64,000 nt of DNA, taken from the NCBI GenBank assembly GCA_016223105.1, contig JACRPR010000009.1, forward strand, positions 2,099-66,098, in the 5' to 3' direction. The position numbers were made by a program, and so were the translations under genes. Below the pieces are notes generated by a model. The model worked only from the letters and a program-made list of their open reading frames with translations. It searched no databases and was not told the origin of the DNA. Shown here in pieces: positions 1 through 9,047 of this stretch; within the stretch, counting starts at the first letter, position 1, and each line of letters opens with the position of its first letter. This stretch comes from Chloroflexota bacterium. Its GTDB lineage: Bacteria > Chloroflexota > Anaerolineae > UBA4142.

Positions 1-2
1 TC

Positions 3-1031
3 AAACAAGAAACGTGCTTTGCGTGCGCGGTACGCTGTAAACGCGTCGTTGAAGTGAAAGAGAGCGAACACGGTTCGATTGATCCGCTCTACGGTGGACC
101 CGAATACGAAACGATTGGCGCGTTCGGCTCGATGAACGGCATTGACGATTTGATCGCGGTCGCGAAAGCGAACGAGTTGTGCGCGGCGTACGGACTCGAT
201 ACGATTTCGCCCGGCGTAACGATCGCGTTCGCGATGGAATGTTTCGAGCGCGGGATCATCACAACAAAAGAAACCGACGGGATCGAATTACGATTCGGCA
301 ACGCGCGCGGAATGTTGCAGATGCTCCGCAAGATCGCGTATCGCGAAGGATTTGGAAACGTGCTCGCGGAAGGCGTCGCGCGCGCGGCGCAGATCATCGG
401 ACGCGGCGCGGAGGAATTTGCGATGCAAGTGCACGGTCAAGAAATTCCGATGCACGAGCCGCGTTTGAAAATGGGGCTGGGTCTCGGTTACGCGATCTCG
501 CCGACCGGCGCGGATCACAATCACAACATTCACGACACCGGCTACACCAAAGAAGGCGCGTCGGTGGACGGTTTGCGTTTGCTCGATCCGGCGATTCGCC
601 CCTTGCCCGCGAATGAACTCAGCGCGGACAAGGCGCGGATGGTGGTCGCGGAATCGAACTGGATGCACTTGTACGACAGCGCGGTGATGTGTATGTTTTT
701 GCCGTACTCGAAACCGCAAGTAACGACCTTGCTCAACGATGTGCTGGGCTGGGAGCTCGATGCGCCCGGGTACGCGCGCATCGGCGAACGCGCGGCGACG
801 CTCGCGCGCGTGTACAATTTGCGCGAGGGCTGGGACGCGCGCGATGATGTTTTGCCGAAACGATTTTTCAACGCGTTCACGAGCGGACCGCTCGCGGGCA
901 CCGCGGTTTCGCAAGACGCACTGTCCGCCGCGACCCAGGAATATTATCGGTTGATGGGCTGGGATGAAACCGGCGCGCCGACGCGCGCGCGCTTGCGCGA
1001 GTTGAATGTAGAGTGGGGGGCAGAGCGATGA
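3..1031 (+). CDS. Aldehyde:ferredoxin oxidoreductase (AOR, tungstopterin) family protein, 5' end cut by window edge
   Basis: Frame is open from nt 3 (listed ORF 54..1031 extends upstream without a stop). CFACAVRC (CxxCxxxC 4Fe-4S ligand pattern) at nt 15-38, then GGPEYETIGAFGS and AOR C-terminal-domain-like sequence. Confidence 0.85.
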   Translation, partial: KQETCFACAVRCKRVVEVKESEHGSIDPLYGGPEYETIGAFGSMNGIDDLIAVAKANELCAAYGLDTISPGVTIAFAMECFERGIITTKETDGIELRFGNARGMLQMLRKIAYREGFGNVLAEGVARAAQIIGRGAEEFAMQVHGQEIPMHEPRLKMGLGLGYAISPTGADHNHNIHDTGYTKEGASVDGLRLLDPAIRPLPANELSADKARMVVAESNWMHLYDSAVMCMFLPYSKPQVTTLLNDVLGWELDAPGYARIGERAATLARVYNLREGWDARDDVLPKRFFNAFTSGPLAGTAVSQDALSAATQEYYRLMGWDETGAPTRARLRELNVEWGAER

Positions 1032-1708
1032 AGTATCGCTACCTGAATCTCGTCACAGGCGTTTTTGTTACCTGTCTGATCGTCTCGAACATCATCGCCG
1101 CGAAAATCGTTTCAGTGAACGGCATCATCATGTCGGCGGCGATTGTGATTTTTCCGATCAGTTATATTTTTGGCGACATTCTCACCGAAGTGTACGGGTA
1201 CGCCAAGGCGCGGCAAATTATCTGGATCGGTTTCGCGTGCAACGCGCTCGCGGTGATCGCGATGCAAATCGGCGGCGTGCTGCCGCCTGCTGAATTCTGG
1301 ACCGGGCAGGACGCGTATCAAACGATCCTCGGCACGACGCCGCGCTTACTACTCGCGTCGCTCATCGCGTTTCTTGCCGGCGAATTCATCAACTCGTTCG
1401 TGCTTGCCAAGTTGAAAATCGTAACGCGCGGGCGCTGGCTCTGGTCGCGCACGATCAGCAGTACGCTCGTCGGGCAAGGATTCGACACGATTGTGTTCAC
1501 GATCATCGCATTCACCGGCGTCCTGGGATCGGGCGAAATGGTGAACATTACGATCACCGAGTGGTTGCTCAAATCAGCATACGAGGCATTGGCGACGCCG
1601 TTCACATACGCGATTGTGAATTACTTGAAGCGCGTTGAACACGAGGATTACTACGATTACGATACGGATTTCAATCCGTTTAAAATCGTAGACCCGAAGG
1701 GTTTTTAG
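1028..1708 (+). CDS. yhhQ: Queuosine-precursor transporter, YhhQ/VUT (DUF165) family membrane protein
   Basis: FPISYIFGDILTEVYGY-type motif and multiple TM segments. ATG 1028 overlaps the AOR stop as ATGA (listed ORF begins at GTG 1013). Confidence 0.8.
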   Translation: MKYRYLNLVTGVFVTCLIVSNIIAAKIVSVNGIIMSAAIVIFPISYIFGDILTEVYGYAKARQIIWIGFACNALAVIAMQIGGVLPPAEFWTGQDAYQTILGTTPRLLLASLIAFLAGEFINSFVLAKLKIVTRGRWLWSRTISSTLVGQGFDTIVFTIIAFTGVLGSGEMVNITITEWLLKSAYEALATPFTYAIVNYLKRVEHEDYYDYDTDFNPFKIVDPKGF

Positions 1709-1722
1709 AAACCCTTCGGGTC
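1691..1722. terminator. Perfect palindrome GACCCGAAGGGTTT-TTAG-AAACCCTTCGGGTC between convergent genes; candidate bidirectional intrinsic terminator and member of a dispersed palindrome family
   Basis: 14-bp perfect arms read directly. The yhhQ stop lies in the loop and a T-run follows on the + strand. Related copies at 25070 and 35630. Confidence 0.6.
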
Positions 1723-1725
1723 TCG

Positions 1726-2919
1726 TCATTTTTTCCGCGGCGTCGGCGCGACTTCGCAATGTTGTTGATACCAGGAGTACGCGCCGAGCACCGCCTGGTC
1801 TTGCGAGTTGACCGTGATCGCTTTGTCAATCCATTGTTTGCCGCGCGCGCAATCTTTCAAATTGATGTACGCGATTCCCAGTTTGTAGTAGTACTCCAAC
1901 CGCGTGCCGCCGATCTGAATTGCTTTTTCGAGTTGATTGACCGTGCCTTGCCAATCTTGTTGCACGAAATAAACGTGTCCCAGATGTCCGTACGCGACCT
2001 CGTAATTCGGCTCCACTTCGATTGCTTTTTTCAATTGCGCGATCGCGCGCCCCGAATCGCCGGAGAGCGAGTACGTCCAACCCAGTTCGTCGTACACTTG
2101 CGGATCTTTCGGCGCGATTTTCAACGCCTGTTGCAAAGTCGCAATCGAATCTTTGAAATTGTTGAGGATGCGATAATTGCGCGCGAGTCCGATGTAGAGG
2201 TACGCGAATTTCGGACGCAGTTCGAGCGCGCGTTGATACGACGCGGTTGCCGTGCGATAACTCCCGCGCGATTCGTACGCGTACGCGAGATTGCGATGCG
2301 CGTCCGCATTCTTGTCGTCCAACTGCACGGCTTTTTGCGCGGCTTGGAGCGCACGCGTCGGATTGTTCAAATCGGCGTACACCTCGGCGACGATTGCCCA
2401 GCCGAGCGAACTGTTCGGATCGAGTTCGGTCGCGCGCAACGCGAAATCGAGCGCCTCGACGTAGTTCGCTTGCCAATCCAACGCCTCCGCCAGCAATGTT
2501 AAATTTTCCGCGCGCTGATCGTTGAGTTGCAACGCACGCCGCGCGGCTTGCACCGCCTCTTCCGTTTTGCGCGTCAACAAAAACGGCTTGACCATTTTCG
2601 CGTACACGACATCGTTGAGCGGCTCCATTCCGGCGACGGCTTGGTACTCGACCAACGCGGCTTCGAATTGTCCATCGTTGTAGAGCGCGTCCGCGCGTTG
2701 CAGGCGCGTTCCCGGCATTTCGGTCGGCGTGGGCGTTGGCGTCGCGGTCGGTTGAAGTTGTTCGGGCAGTGGAATGTTTTCCGCGACGTACACGCCGCGC
2801 GACGCGAGCAATAACACAATCGCGTACGCGCCGATGATCAAAATCAATACCGAAAGCAAACAACCTTGCCACCACGGCGCACCGCGTTTTTTCGGACCGA
2901 TGTATAAATCTACGGGCAT
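1726..2919 (-). CDS. Membrane-anchored TPR-repeat protein
   Basis: N-terminal TM (LLSVLILIIGAYAIVLLLA), P/T linker, then repeated A..Y..AL.L.P.-type 34-aa TPR units. Confidence 0.8.
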   Translation of the reverse strand: MPVDLYIGPKKRGAPWWQGCLLSVLILIIGAYAIVLLLASRGVYVAENIPLPEQLQPTATPTPTPTEMPGTRLQRADALYNDGQFEAALVEYQAVAGMEPLNDVVYAKMVKPFLLTRKTEEAVQAARRALQLNDQRAENLTLLAEALDWQANYVEALDFALRATELDPNSSLGWAIVAEVYADLNNPTRALQAAQKAVQLDDKNADAHRNLAYAYESRGSYRTATASYQRALELRPKFAYLYIGLARNYRILNNFKDSIATLQQALKIAPKDPQVYDELGWTYSLSGDSGRAIAQLKKAIEVEPNYEVAYGHLGHVYFVQQDWQGTVNQLEKAIQIGGTRLEYYYKLGIAYINLKDCARGKQWIDKAITVNSQDQAVLGAYSWYQQHCEVAPTPRKK

Positions 2920-2937
2920 AGTTCACCCCAACGAGTT

Positions 2938-3006
2938 CCGTCATTTCCATCATTTCCCTTATTTCCATTTGGAAAAAAGGAAATAAAGGAAATAAGGGAA
3001 ATCATT
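2938..3006. repeat. Short-unit tandem array hairpin (9-nt units TCATTTCC[A/C] x3 facing GGAAATAA[A/G] x3)
   Basis: Read directly between the TPR start and the GT39 stop. Confidence 0.8.
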
Positions 3007-4924
3007 ACCACACGTTTATTGTTCCCAAAAGCAAATGATCGCTCGCGCCAATGTGTAAGCGCGCGCCAGTGTCCGCGCGATACATTCCGACGATGACGCG
3101 ATAATCGCCGGGCGGCATCCCGGGTTCGATGAAAATTCCGAGATTGTCCGCGATGGTTTCCCCCGCGCGCCATTGCGTCGTCAATTTCAAATTGTTCATC
3201 GGTTCCGCGTCGCGTTGCGCGACGACCTGGTTTTCCGCGTTGAGCAATTGCGCGAACACTTTGTAGCGCGCGGTCGGCGTTTGCTCCGCGCGCCAATTCA
3301 GCGTCAGCGTCAACACATCGCCCGCGCGCGCGGCGCGATGATCGAGTTGCAAACTTGCGAGCGCGATCTCATCGCCAAGTTGCGCGTCGAGCGATTCCAC
3401 ACGTCCGCGCGGATTCGGCGCGATGCCATAGATCGCGAGCCGAATGTCGCCGTGCCACTCATCGCGCGCTTGAAACGCGCGTTCCGCCAAGCGCGCGCCG
3501 ATGATGTTTTGTGGATCGCTCTGCTCGGTCGCGTAAAAAATCGCAAAGACGCGTTGCGCTTGTGCGATCAGCGTGTCCACGTCCGCGCGCGTCGCGATGG
3601 GATCGGGCGGGCGCATGCGCGGCAAGAGAAATAGTTGTTGTTGTCCGCGATGATAATAACGAATGACATCAATCTGCCCGGGCGCGTCGATCAAAAGCGC
3701 GTCGCCCGCGCGCGCGTGCGCGTCAATGAATTGCACGACCGCGCGATAATCGTCGCGCGCGGCGCGCGGGTTATCGTAATAATTTTGGAGCGACGGCATA
3801 AACCCGACGGCGGCGATCACGGCAATTACGAAATAAATCCAGCGCAGTGGACTCGGATTAAAGCGGCGGCGTTGCGCGAGAAACAAGCCAGGATAAATCC
3901 GCGCGAGTCCGCGTGCCGCGAGAATGTGAAATGCCGGGAGTGCGAGCAATAAAAATTTTGGATTGTACGCCGGGCGCGCGAGCGACACAACATACATCAC
4001 GCCGACCGGGACAATCGCCCATAACGCGAATGTGACGATCCCAGATCGCGCGGCGCGCATCGGCAGTAAACCGATCACGAACAAAATCGCGAATGCAATC
4101 GCGACCGCGCTCGCCGAGTCCGCGTCCGGTTTTATTCCAACACTGAACACATTCACCACGCGCCAGAGCAGTGTTTGCAAATCGAACGGCTCGCTGATCG
4201 AGGGCCACGCGGCGAGTTGATTGCCGGCGAAAAGAACCCAGGGTAAAAACAATGCGCCAATGATCAACTGCCCAATGAGCCAATGCGCCAATCGGCGAAT
4301 TGCGAATTGCGAATTGCGAATTGCGGTGAGCCACCAAATCGCGAAAATGATATTTTCAAAAACGATGATCGTCACGGCGAAATAATGCGTGTACAGCGCG
4401 GCGATGGTTGCGGTGAGGTAGAGAAGCCAAATTCGTAATTCGTAATTCTGAATTGCGAATTTAGAATTAAGAATTTGCGCCAGCGCATACACCGACATCG
4501 CCGCCCACAACAGCGCCCACACATACATCCGCGTTTCTTGCGAATAGTAAATCGCAAACGGCGCGAACGCGGCAAAGAACGCGGCGATCAGCGCAATCTC
4601 TTCGTCGAAGAAAAAACGCGCGAGTCGAAACGTGAACGCCACAGTCAGCACGCCGGCGATGACAGAAAAAAAGCGCACGGCAAATTCGGAATTACCGCTA
4701 ACCACTAACCAATTATGCAACAGCAAATAGTACAGCGGCGGATGAATGTCGCGCGCCGCGCCGTTGATGATCGCGTCAATGCTCAACGAGGCGAGCGCGA
4801 TGCTCGTGCCTTCGTCGTTCCACAAACTTTGCGCGTCGAGTTTGTACGCGCGCAGAGCGAACGCGATAAGGAGCGCGATGAAAAGCCAGATGCGGTTTTT
4901 GTGTTGGAGAAAAAAGTTAATCAC
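3005..4924 (-). CDS. Glycosyltransferase family 39 (ArnT/PMT-like) polytopic membrane protein
   Basis: N-terminal SLWNDEG (DE motif) loop, about 12 TM segments, soluble C-terminal domain. Carries two in-frame heptamer arrays. Confidence 0.85.
   Translation of the reverse strand: MINFFLQHKNRIWLFIALLIAFALRAYKLDAQSLWNDEGTSIALASLSIDAIINGAARDIHPPLYYLLLHNWLVVSGNSEFAVRFFSVIAGVLTVAFTFRLARFFFDEEIALIAAFFAAFAPFAIYYSQETRMYVWALLWAAMSVYALAQILNSKFAIQNYELRIWLLYLTATIAALYTHYFAVTIIVFENIIFAIWWLTAIRNSQFAIRRLAHWLIGQLIIGALFLPWVLFAGNQLAAWPSISEPFDLQTLLWRVVNVFSVGIKPDADSASAVAIAFAILFVIGLLPMRAARSGIVTFALWAIVPVGVMYVVSLARPAYNPKFLLLALPAFHILAARGLARIYPGLFLAQRRRFNPSPLRWIYFVIAVIAAVGFMPSLQNYYDNPRAARDDYRAVVQFIDAHARAGDALLIDAPGQIDVIRYYHRGQQQLFLLPRMRPPDPIATRADVDTLIAQAQRVFAIFYATEQSDPQNIIGARLAERAFQARDEWHGDIRLAIYGIAPNPRGRVESLDAQLGDEIALASLQLDHRAARAGDVLTLTLNWRAEQTPTARYKVFAQLLNAENQVVAQRDAEPMNNLKLTTQWRAGETIADNLGIFIEPGMPPGDYRVIVGMYRADTGARLHIGASDHLLLGTINVW
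4296..4325. repeat. Heptamer array CGAATTG x4 inside the GT39 CDS
   Basis: Read directly; encodes the NSQFAIRNSQFAIR segment. Confidence 0.85.
4430..4478. repeat. Degenerate heptamer array AATTNNN x7 inside the GT39 CDS
   Basis: aattcgt aattcgt aattctg aattgcg aatttag aattaag aatttgc; encodes NSKFAIQNYELRI. Confidence 0.8.
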
Positions 4925-4930
4925 GATTTT

Positions 4931-6019
4931 TTATTGCGCGCACCGAAAACCAACATCGGGGTAGCGTTGATCCGGCAGATAGCTGATGCGTGACGCGGCG
5001 CGCACAAAACTTTGCAGATCGTACCACGACCCGCCACGCAAAACACGATACGCTCCCGCGGTATCATTCCTGGGATTACGCGTCGGTGAATTTTTGTAAT
5101 AGGCGGCGTCGTACCAATCCGCCGTCCATTCCCACACATTGCCCGCCAAATCCACCGCGCCGTACAGACTCGCGCCTGTGGGGTAACTGCCCACGGCGGT
5201 CGTATCGCCTTTGCCGCCCTCCGCTGAGTTGAGCAGATTTTTGTCAAACGGATTACCCCACGGATAAATTCGCCGGTCGCCGGAACTGGTCGCCGGACCG
5301 CGCGCGGATTTTTCCCACTCGGCTTCGGTCGGCAGACGCTTGCCCGCCCACGCGCAAAACGCGCGCGCATCGTTCCACGAAACATAAATCACCGGAAAAT
5401 TCTCGAAGGGCGCGGTGCCATAGTACGTTGCGCGTATGCTCGACTTGCGTTCGGAGGGGGCGAAACATTTTCCGGCATCCACACATTTTTTATAGAGCGC
5501 GTTGGTCACCTCAAACTTGTCCATCCAAAACGCATCGAGGTAAACGGTGTGCGGCGGTTTTTCATCGTCGTGATCATTGCTCCCCATTACGAATTCACCT
5601 GCCGGCACGTACACCATCGGCGCGCCATCAATCGGCGTAACCTGGGTTGATCCAATCCCGAGCGTGGGCGTCGCGGTTGGACGCGGTGTGTCGGTTGGTC
5701 TGGGTGTGATGGTCGCGGTCGGGCGCGGCATGTCGGTTGGCTGGGGCGTGCTGGTCGCGATTGGACGCGGCGTGTCGGTGGGCTGGGATGTGATCGGCGC
5801 AGTTGGAGCCAAAGTATTTGTTGGTGTCGTAGCTACAGTGGGCGCGAGAGTTGCAACCGCGATTGGCGTTGACGCACTCGCGGAAAAAATTGGCGTCGGT
5901 GTTGACCTGGGATCAAAAGGCGCCCAGCCCATTTGATTTGCAAACGCGAGATAAGCCAGGATCACGCCTATAATGCCGGCAAGTTCTGCCGCCGTTGTCA
6001 CAAGAGATTTTTGATTCAT
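4931..6019 (-). CDS. Formylglycine-generating-enzyme (SUMF1/DUF323) family protein with N-terminal TM and Pro/Thr-rich linker
   Basis: YPWGN, RGGSW and GFRC motifs in the C-terminal domain. The linker has about three 12-aa repeats (PTDTPRPTAT..). Lies 6 nt upstream of GT39. Confidence 0.85.
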   Translation of the reverse strand: MNQKSLVTTAAELAGIIGVILAYLAFANQMGWAPFDPRSTPTPIFSASASTPIAVATLAPTVATTPTNTLAPTAPITSQPTDTPRPIATSTPQPTDMPRPTATITPRPTDTPRPTATPTLGIGSTQVTPIDGAPMVYVPAGEFVMGSNDHDDEKPPHTVYLDAFWMDKFEVTNALYKKCVDAGKCFAPSERKSSIRATYYGTAPFENFPVIYVSWNDARAFCAWAGKRLPTEAEWEKSARGPATSSGDRRIYPWGNPFDKNLLNSAEGGKGDTTAVGSYPTGASLYGAVDLAGNVWEWTADWYDAAYYKNSPTRNPRNDTAGAYRVLRGGSWYDLQSFVRAASRISYLPDQRYPDVGFRCAQ

Positions 6020-6181
6020 CTTTTACCTCGGAGCATTGCGAATCTTCCAATCGCCTTGCTCCCGATTTTATTTTCGCCACAAGCCGCGCGATAGGCGGTG
6101 TGTGGGTTTGAAAAAATTTATTCACGATCGTTGATTGGACGCGGATTTTGTTTCGTCAGTTCAATCCATTGTCGTCCGTTG

Positions 6182-6589
6182 TCATCCTTGCCGCGCGCGC
6201 AAGCGCTTGACGGTTGCATCATCCAGCACATCGGTTTGTTGCGCGGGACCATCGAGAAAGAGCGCGAGTTTGTTGAGGACGTTGCGCCCCAGGATAATTT
6301 CGTTCCCCTTATCGCCAACTACAAAAACACCTGGCAAGGAAATTCCTTCTACCACGAGAGAGATCGCATACATTCGCGCTGTTTGACGTTCGCCAAAATG
6401 ACTGCGAATGGTGACCGATTTGCCTTCTGCCGCGCCGATCTGGGCAAGGAGACGCGTTGGCACAATCGAGACATCCGCGCCCGAATCAAGTAGTGCCGGC
6501 AAAGGGCCTTGCCGCGCTGTTCCTTCGCCCAAGACCACGCGCAAAGTTGGAAAAGGCGGCAGGTAGGTTTTGTTGTATGGCGTGGTCAT
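6182..6589 (-). CDS. Retropepsin-like (clan AA) aspartic protease
   Basis: LLDSGADVSIVP (D-S-G-A active-site motif) and ILGRNVL flap-like motif. Size about 135 aa. Confidence 0.75.
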   Translation of the reverse strand: MTTPYNKTYLPPFPTLRVVLGEGTARQGPLPALLDSGADVSIVPTRLLAQIGAAEGKSVTIRSHFGERQTARMYAISLVVEGISLPGVFVVGDKGNEIILGRNVLNKLALFLDGPAQQTDVLDDATVKRLRARQG

Positions 6590-6963
6590 TCCACTTTCTC
6601 CAACCGCGGACTGCGGATGGCGTATTCTCTTTCCGGCTCTTCTTCAACCTCGCAAAACAGGATCGGGGCGCGCCCAAATCGTTCACGAACACGGCGCACG
6701 AGAGTCATCACGTCCGCGTCGTGATCGATCATTTCACCGTTGTAAATCGCGACCGACTGCCCCAGATACTTGGTTTTGAGTTCTGGGTGCAGGGTTCGAT
6801 ACGCTTCTTGTTCGCGTTGCAATCGCGCTTCTCGCTCTGCGCGAAGAAATTGTTGTGCGAGATCGCCGAATACTTGATCCAACGTCTTGCCTTTTTCCGC
6901 CGCGACCTGGCGAAGCGATTCGACCAGATTCGCGTCGAGCGACACTTGGGTTTGCGTCATCAT
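6586..6963 (-). CDS. Small RHH-like / DUF5678-like protein, translationally coupled to the aspartic protease
   Basis: GGGAGG SD 6-7 nt before ATG 6963 (listed ORF extends to 7014). The stop overlaps the protease ATG (ATGA). C-terminal YLGQSVAIYNGEMIDHDAD...FG.APILF resembles DUF5678. Confidence 0.6.
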   Translation of the reverse strand: MMTQTQVSLDANLVESLRQVAAEKGKTLDQVFGDLAQQFLRAEREARLQREQEAYRTLHPELKTKYLGQSVAIYNGEMIDHDADVMTLVRRVRERFGRAPILFCEVEEEPEREYAIRSPRLEKVE

Positions 6964-7128
6964 ATTTGCCTCCCATTTCGATTCAAGCAAAGCAGACCTG
7001 GTTTGTCCGTTCAATCCAATCCTGAGCGCAGTCGAAGGATGTCCGTTGTCATCCTACCGATTACACCGGAAAGTGCGGATTAAACGGACGCGCGAATGTC
7101 GAACAATTGACGGAACGGCGTCCGTCAT

Positions 7129-8850
7129 CTACCGCGTTCGTTTCCGCACCAACACAACTCCCACAACTATACAACTAACCAACAATCCAACTATCCCAAC
7201 TTTATTAAAAACCCACATCCACCCGCGTTCCACCACAAACCCATTGATCGCGACCGGCGCGCGCGTAACCGTGATCGTAACGCGATGCGCGCCGTCGTCC
7301 AAATCGCGCGCGAGCGCGATGCGTCCGCTCACGCCGCGATCGGTGCGCCACAATTCGATTTCGCGCGGAGATTCGTCATCAATCTGCACGCGCACCGTGC
7401 CGCCGTACGGATTTTGCAACGCGACCAGGTCGAGATCAGTTCCGCGAAAAATAAAACTAACCTCATCGTCCTGTTTCCCAGTTCCTTTATTTCCCTCATT
7501 TCCCTGTTTCCCGATTCGATATTCCCCAAAATACGCGCGCGCATCGCGCACGGTTTCCCACGCGCCGCGCCAATCCATCGCCCAGTGATTCGTCGAGCGA
7601 AAACCGATCGGCACATAGCGCGCGGTTGGAATGTACTCGCGCATCGAGTCGTACACCGGCAGAGTCGTAAAATCCGGTTCGCTCATTCGGAAATAGTAAA
7701 ACGATTGATTCTTTTCGAGATCGGTCGCGCGTTTCCAAAACCAATACATCAACGAACCCATCCAGGGCCATTCATTTTTCGCGCGTGCGTATCCTTTCGG
7801 CGCATACAACGCCTGGCGCGCTTCGCTCACGCGACCGAACGGCGCGTCCTTGAATTCACGCGGTTGAGCGTTCCAGCCGGTTTCCATCGCCCAGATCGGC
7901 GTGCGCGCGTCACCATTCTTCACCATAATTTCGCGCACCATAATCGGACGCGAGAAATTGATCTGATCGTACTCGACGCGGCGATCCCCCGGACCCGACC
8001 ACAAGCCGTAATCCTGCACCGCGAGAATATCGAAATAGCCGCGCGCGCCGGCGTCGTACATCTCTTGCAAAAAAATCAGCTCGCTCATATTTTTGCCGGA
8101 CTCGTCCACCGTTTGCGCGAGTCCCGCGCTGATGATCACGCAATCCGGGTCGGCGGCTTTTGCTCTTGTGTAACCGATTTTGAGCAGGCGCGTGAAATCG
8201 CGCGCGTTCACTTCTTGCTCGCCCCATTCCGGGTAAATGTTCGGCTCGTTCCACAATTGATAGAACCGGATTTTTCCGCGATAGCGCGAAACGACGGTCG
8301 CGACAAAATCGCCGTAATCGTCGAAATTATCCGGCGGCGCGAAATCGCCGCGCGCGCGCCCATCGTGCCGCGTCCACGCGGGCGGATGATCCAATCGCGC
8401 GATGACCTCGATGCCGTACTCGCGCGCCAGGTCAACGATGCGATCGTACTTTTCCCACGTAACTTTTTTGTACATCACATCATAGTACTGACCCTTGAGC
8501 GGCTTTTCGATATCTTCCCACGGAAATTCCTGGCGAATCCAAACGAACCCGGCATCACGGATCATTTGTAGCGACTGGCGAATTTTCACTTCCTCGACTT
8601 CTTGCTCGAGAAAGGTGTTGATGCCGAACGGATTCACATCCGCGTATTTCATCGGCGCGAACGGCGCGAGGTCGCGCGTCGGTTGCGTGAGCGACACCGC
8701 GAGATAGCCGAGTGCGCGCAATTGAAATTCGAATTCTTCTTCGCCGGTCCAATCGGACAAGGTTTGCTGAATTGAATCGCGCGCGATGAACGCGGTCAGC
8801 GCGAGCGCGAGAAAAATAATCGCGAGCAAAAATCGTTTCACGTTGGGCAT
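7129..8850 (-). CDS. Membrane-anchored clan GH-A glycoside hydrolase (GH5/GH39-like TIM barrel)
   Basis: LWNEPN acid/base motif. N- and C-terminal TM helices. In-frame 42-nt short-unit array near the C-terminal third. Confidence 0.7.
   Translation of the reverse strand: MPNVKRFLLAIIFLALALTAFIARDSIQQTLSDWTGEEEFEFQLRALGYLAVSLTQPTRDLAPFAPMKYADVNPFGINTFLEQEVEEVKIRQSLQMIRDAGFVWIRQEFPWEDIEKPLKGQYYDVMYKKVTWEKYDRIVDLAREYGIEVIARLDHPPAWTRHDGRARGDFAPPDNFDDYGDFVATVVSRYRGKIRFYQLWNEPNIYPEWGEQEVNARDFTRLLKIGYTRAKAADPDCVIISAGLAQTVDESGKNMSELIFLQEMYDAGARGYFDILAVQDYGLWSGPGDRRVEYDQINFSRPIMVREIMVKNGDARTPIWAMETGWNAQPREFKDAPFGRVSEARQALYAPKGYARAKNEWPWMGSLMYWFWKRATDLEKNQSFYYFRMSEPDFTTLPVYDSMREYIPTARYVPIGFRSTNHWAMDWRGAWETVRDARAYFGEYRIGKQGNEGNKGTGKQDDEVSFIFRGTDLDLVALQNPYGGTVRVQIDDESPREIELWRTDRGVSGRIALARDLDDGAHRVTITVTRAPVAINGFVVERGWMWVFNKVGIVGLLVSCIVVGVVLVRKRTR
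7470..7511. repeat. In-frame short-unit array (TTCCC-type units, 42 nt) inside the GH CDS
   Basis: cctgttt cccagtt cctttat ttccctc atttccc tgtttcc; encodes GKQGNEGNKGTGKQ. Same unit family as 2938-3006. Confidence 0.65.
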
Positions 8851-8860
8851 TTTACCACAA

Positions 8861-8932
8861 ATTGGAAATTAGAAGTTGGAGGTTGGAAGTTGGAGCGATC
8901 TAACCTCCAATATCCAATTTCCAACTTCCAAT
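8861..8932. repeat. Heptamer-array hairpin ([A/G]TTGGA[A/G] x5 facing [N]TCCAA[T/C] x4)
   Basis: Read directly in the divergent gap between the GH and VWA genes. Followed by a half MITE (8934-8972, ggggattgcttcgcttcgctcgcaatgac). Confidence 0.85.
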
Positions 8933-9047
8933 CGTGGGGATTGCTTCGCTTCGCTCGCAATGACAATGCGCGCAATACCCCCCTTGACCATTCGCATCGT
9001 ACAAGTACAATTGCGCTACGTTTGCGTTCGCTAGAAACGGAGTTCAA

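Noticed and set aside
4931-6019. Considered the FGE/DUF323 (C-type-lectin fold) protein as a diversity-generating-retroelement target.
   Set aside because: There is no reverse transcriptase and no template repeat anywhere in the window. The C-terminal region lacks the AAC/Asn-rich variable-repeat signature.
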